64,000 nt of DNA from Anthoceros angustus (lineage: Eukaryota; Plantae; Anthocerotophyta). Position 1 is the stretch's first letter. Each line of letters opens with the position of its first letter. The stretch lies in the NCBI GenBank assembly GCA_010909165.1, contig MU008153.1, positions 124,001 through 188,000 on the forward strand, written 5' to 3'. A program made the position numbers and the translations under genes. A model generated the notes under the pieces. The model made no database searches and had not been told where the DNA came from. It saw only the letters and a list, made by a program, of their open reading frames with translations. Positions 62,450-64,000 of this stretch are shown here, in pieces.

Positions 62450-64000
62450 GCTGTTGCTTCAACGCATGAAGTGCTGCACAGCTCCAGACGTCCTCAATTG
62501 CCTGGCCCAAGGATCGGACCTCTCTGCTGGCAAGGACGTCGTTGATTGAGATGAAATTGCTTTGAACAAGTTCCACTGGAGCCTCAGAGGATCAGGGAGC
62601 TTAACATTGTTCTTCCGATGAGCCGAATAGCATTTTCTTGAAACCAAGAACCTGGACTCATCACAGGTCTGCACGGACAGAAGAGAGGGAGCACAGATCG
62701 GGACTGCTCAAGGCCATTTGTCTTCACGGCGCACATGAGCATCAAGATGATGTGCCGACGAGTACCTGGTGCAGGATGGACATGGCGGCAATGTGAAGGG
62801 GTTCCAGTTCGTAAGTTTGCGCTTGCAGGCAACCACTTCGGCTGTTCTCAATGCACTCCACCTCTCTGACGTTCATTTTGCATGCTCCCAGGACTCATTT
62901 CGGGGGGATTCCACTACAGAACTGCGAGCTGCCAGTGTAAATGCGACTCGTTCACAGCTTCACGGACCTCCTCGGAAACGCGTTCTCCTCAAGATCTAAG
63001 TGGCTGCAATTCCCGCAATCCTCCATCTCCAGGCAAAGCACGTGTTTGGGAGTCACTGGAAAACGCCCGAAACATCAAAAACCACCTCCTGACCGCTCCC
63101 AGCTCCTGACAAGGTTCCACGTCGCCGCAGGAGCTGGCGGCCGGGGAGCTGCTGGTGTGCTGTGCTCGGAGGGCAGACCAGGATTTGCAAGGACATCCGG
63201 TGTGCCTCGCAGGAATCCTGTGGGAGAAAGAAGCTGAGGCAACAGGCAGGTGGGGGAGAACGCAAGGGCCCCCCGGAAGGCCGCAAGATCTGAGCGTGAA
63301 AATGACACCCGCACCCAAGACCGCACCCGCACGCACGCACAGCGACGGGAGGAGGGAAGGATGGAGCTCGAGGTTGGAGGGGCAGAAACCTTGAAGTCTT
63401 GCAGGTCACGGCAGGAGATCGTCGGTGAGCTTGCAAGATGGACGCCGACGGAAGAAGCGCATCGTCGCCTGCAGCTGCTCGCCAACCAGAAAGAGAAGCG
63501 AGGAGAGAGAGGGAGGGAGAGAGGGAGAGAGAGAGAAGCGGGAAGCGGGGGGCGGGGGGAAAGGAAGGGTGCGGGCGGCGAAAGTGGCGAAACTGTGCCC
63601 CCGTCCACACAGCAGATTGAACTGTGACAAGAAAATGGATGCAGTTGGGTACCGATTCGTGGGAGAGGGAGAAATGGTGATTGCATGTAGGTGTGTACGC
63701 AGGCCGTTTCTGTCAAGCAACTGGAACAGGTGGTACATCTCAACGGTGACAGGTATTAGCACATTTGACCAGATGTGACTCTGACCTAACCGGACTTCAC
63801 ATTATGATCGATTAGGTGGGATGGTTCCTTCCGAAGTGACCAAGAAGGGATGGCCGGAAACATGGAAAAACACCCTCCTCTGTTTCTGCTGCACCTGGTA
63901 CCAGCAGGAGCACCAGTACCACTTCTCCATACATGTCTCTTCTTCTTCTGCAGGTACTCTGCATCACATTTTTCATTTCAGCCTGCACATCCCATGGTGC

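Noticed and set aside
1-64000. tRNA, rRNA, telomeric or prokaryotic defence features
   Set aside because: None recognised by eye; tRNAscan-SE or Infernal was not run.

Overview
Eukaryotic nuclear DNA, most likely from a compact land-plant genome. Evidence: introns of about 55-100 bp, MS1/MMD1-family genes and a PPR fragment. A lycophyte such as Selaginella, or a hornwort, is my inference only. Many single-base indels and noisy tandem re-copies suggest an imperfectly polished long-read assembly. Left part (about 1-28 kb): a nested LTR-retrotransposon stack. Copia A (minus strand) is split by Copia B (LTRs 2968-3169 and 21176-21387, AAAGC target-site duplication). Inside B lie a Ty3/Gypsy element and a third Copia (C) whose RT end/RNase H segment is inverted. 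A chromovirus fragment follows. Most notable: the Gypsy element (about 4.25-14.4 kb) carries a C5 DNA-cytosine methyltransferase domain between protease and RT. It also has a PHD finger, not a chromodomain, after integrase, and a candidate self-priming PBS. Right part (about 28-64 kb): gene-dense. It holds a large coiled-coil gene, alpha-N-acetylglucosaminidase, a class-3 lipase, 3-hydroxyisobutyryl-CoA hydrolase, DNA polymerase delta small subunit, an unknown gene and two tandem MMD1/MS1-like PHD genes. An old inverted duplication with reciprocal gene loss surrounds a block of tandem repeats. All calls are by eye; no database searches were run, and boundaries are approximate unless exact motifs are quoted.
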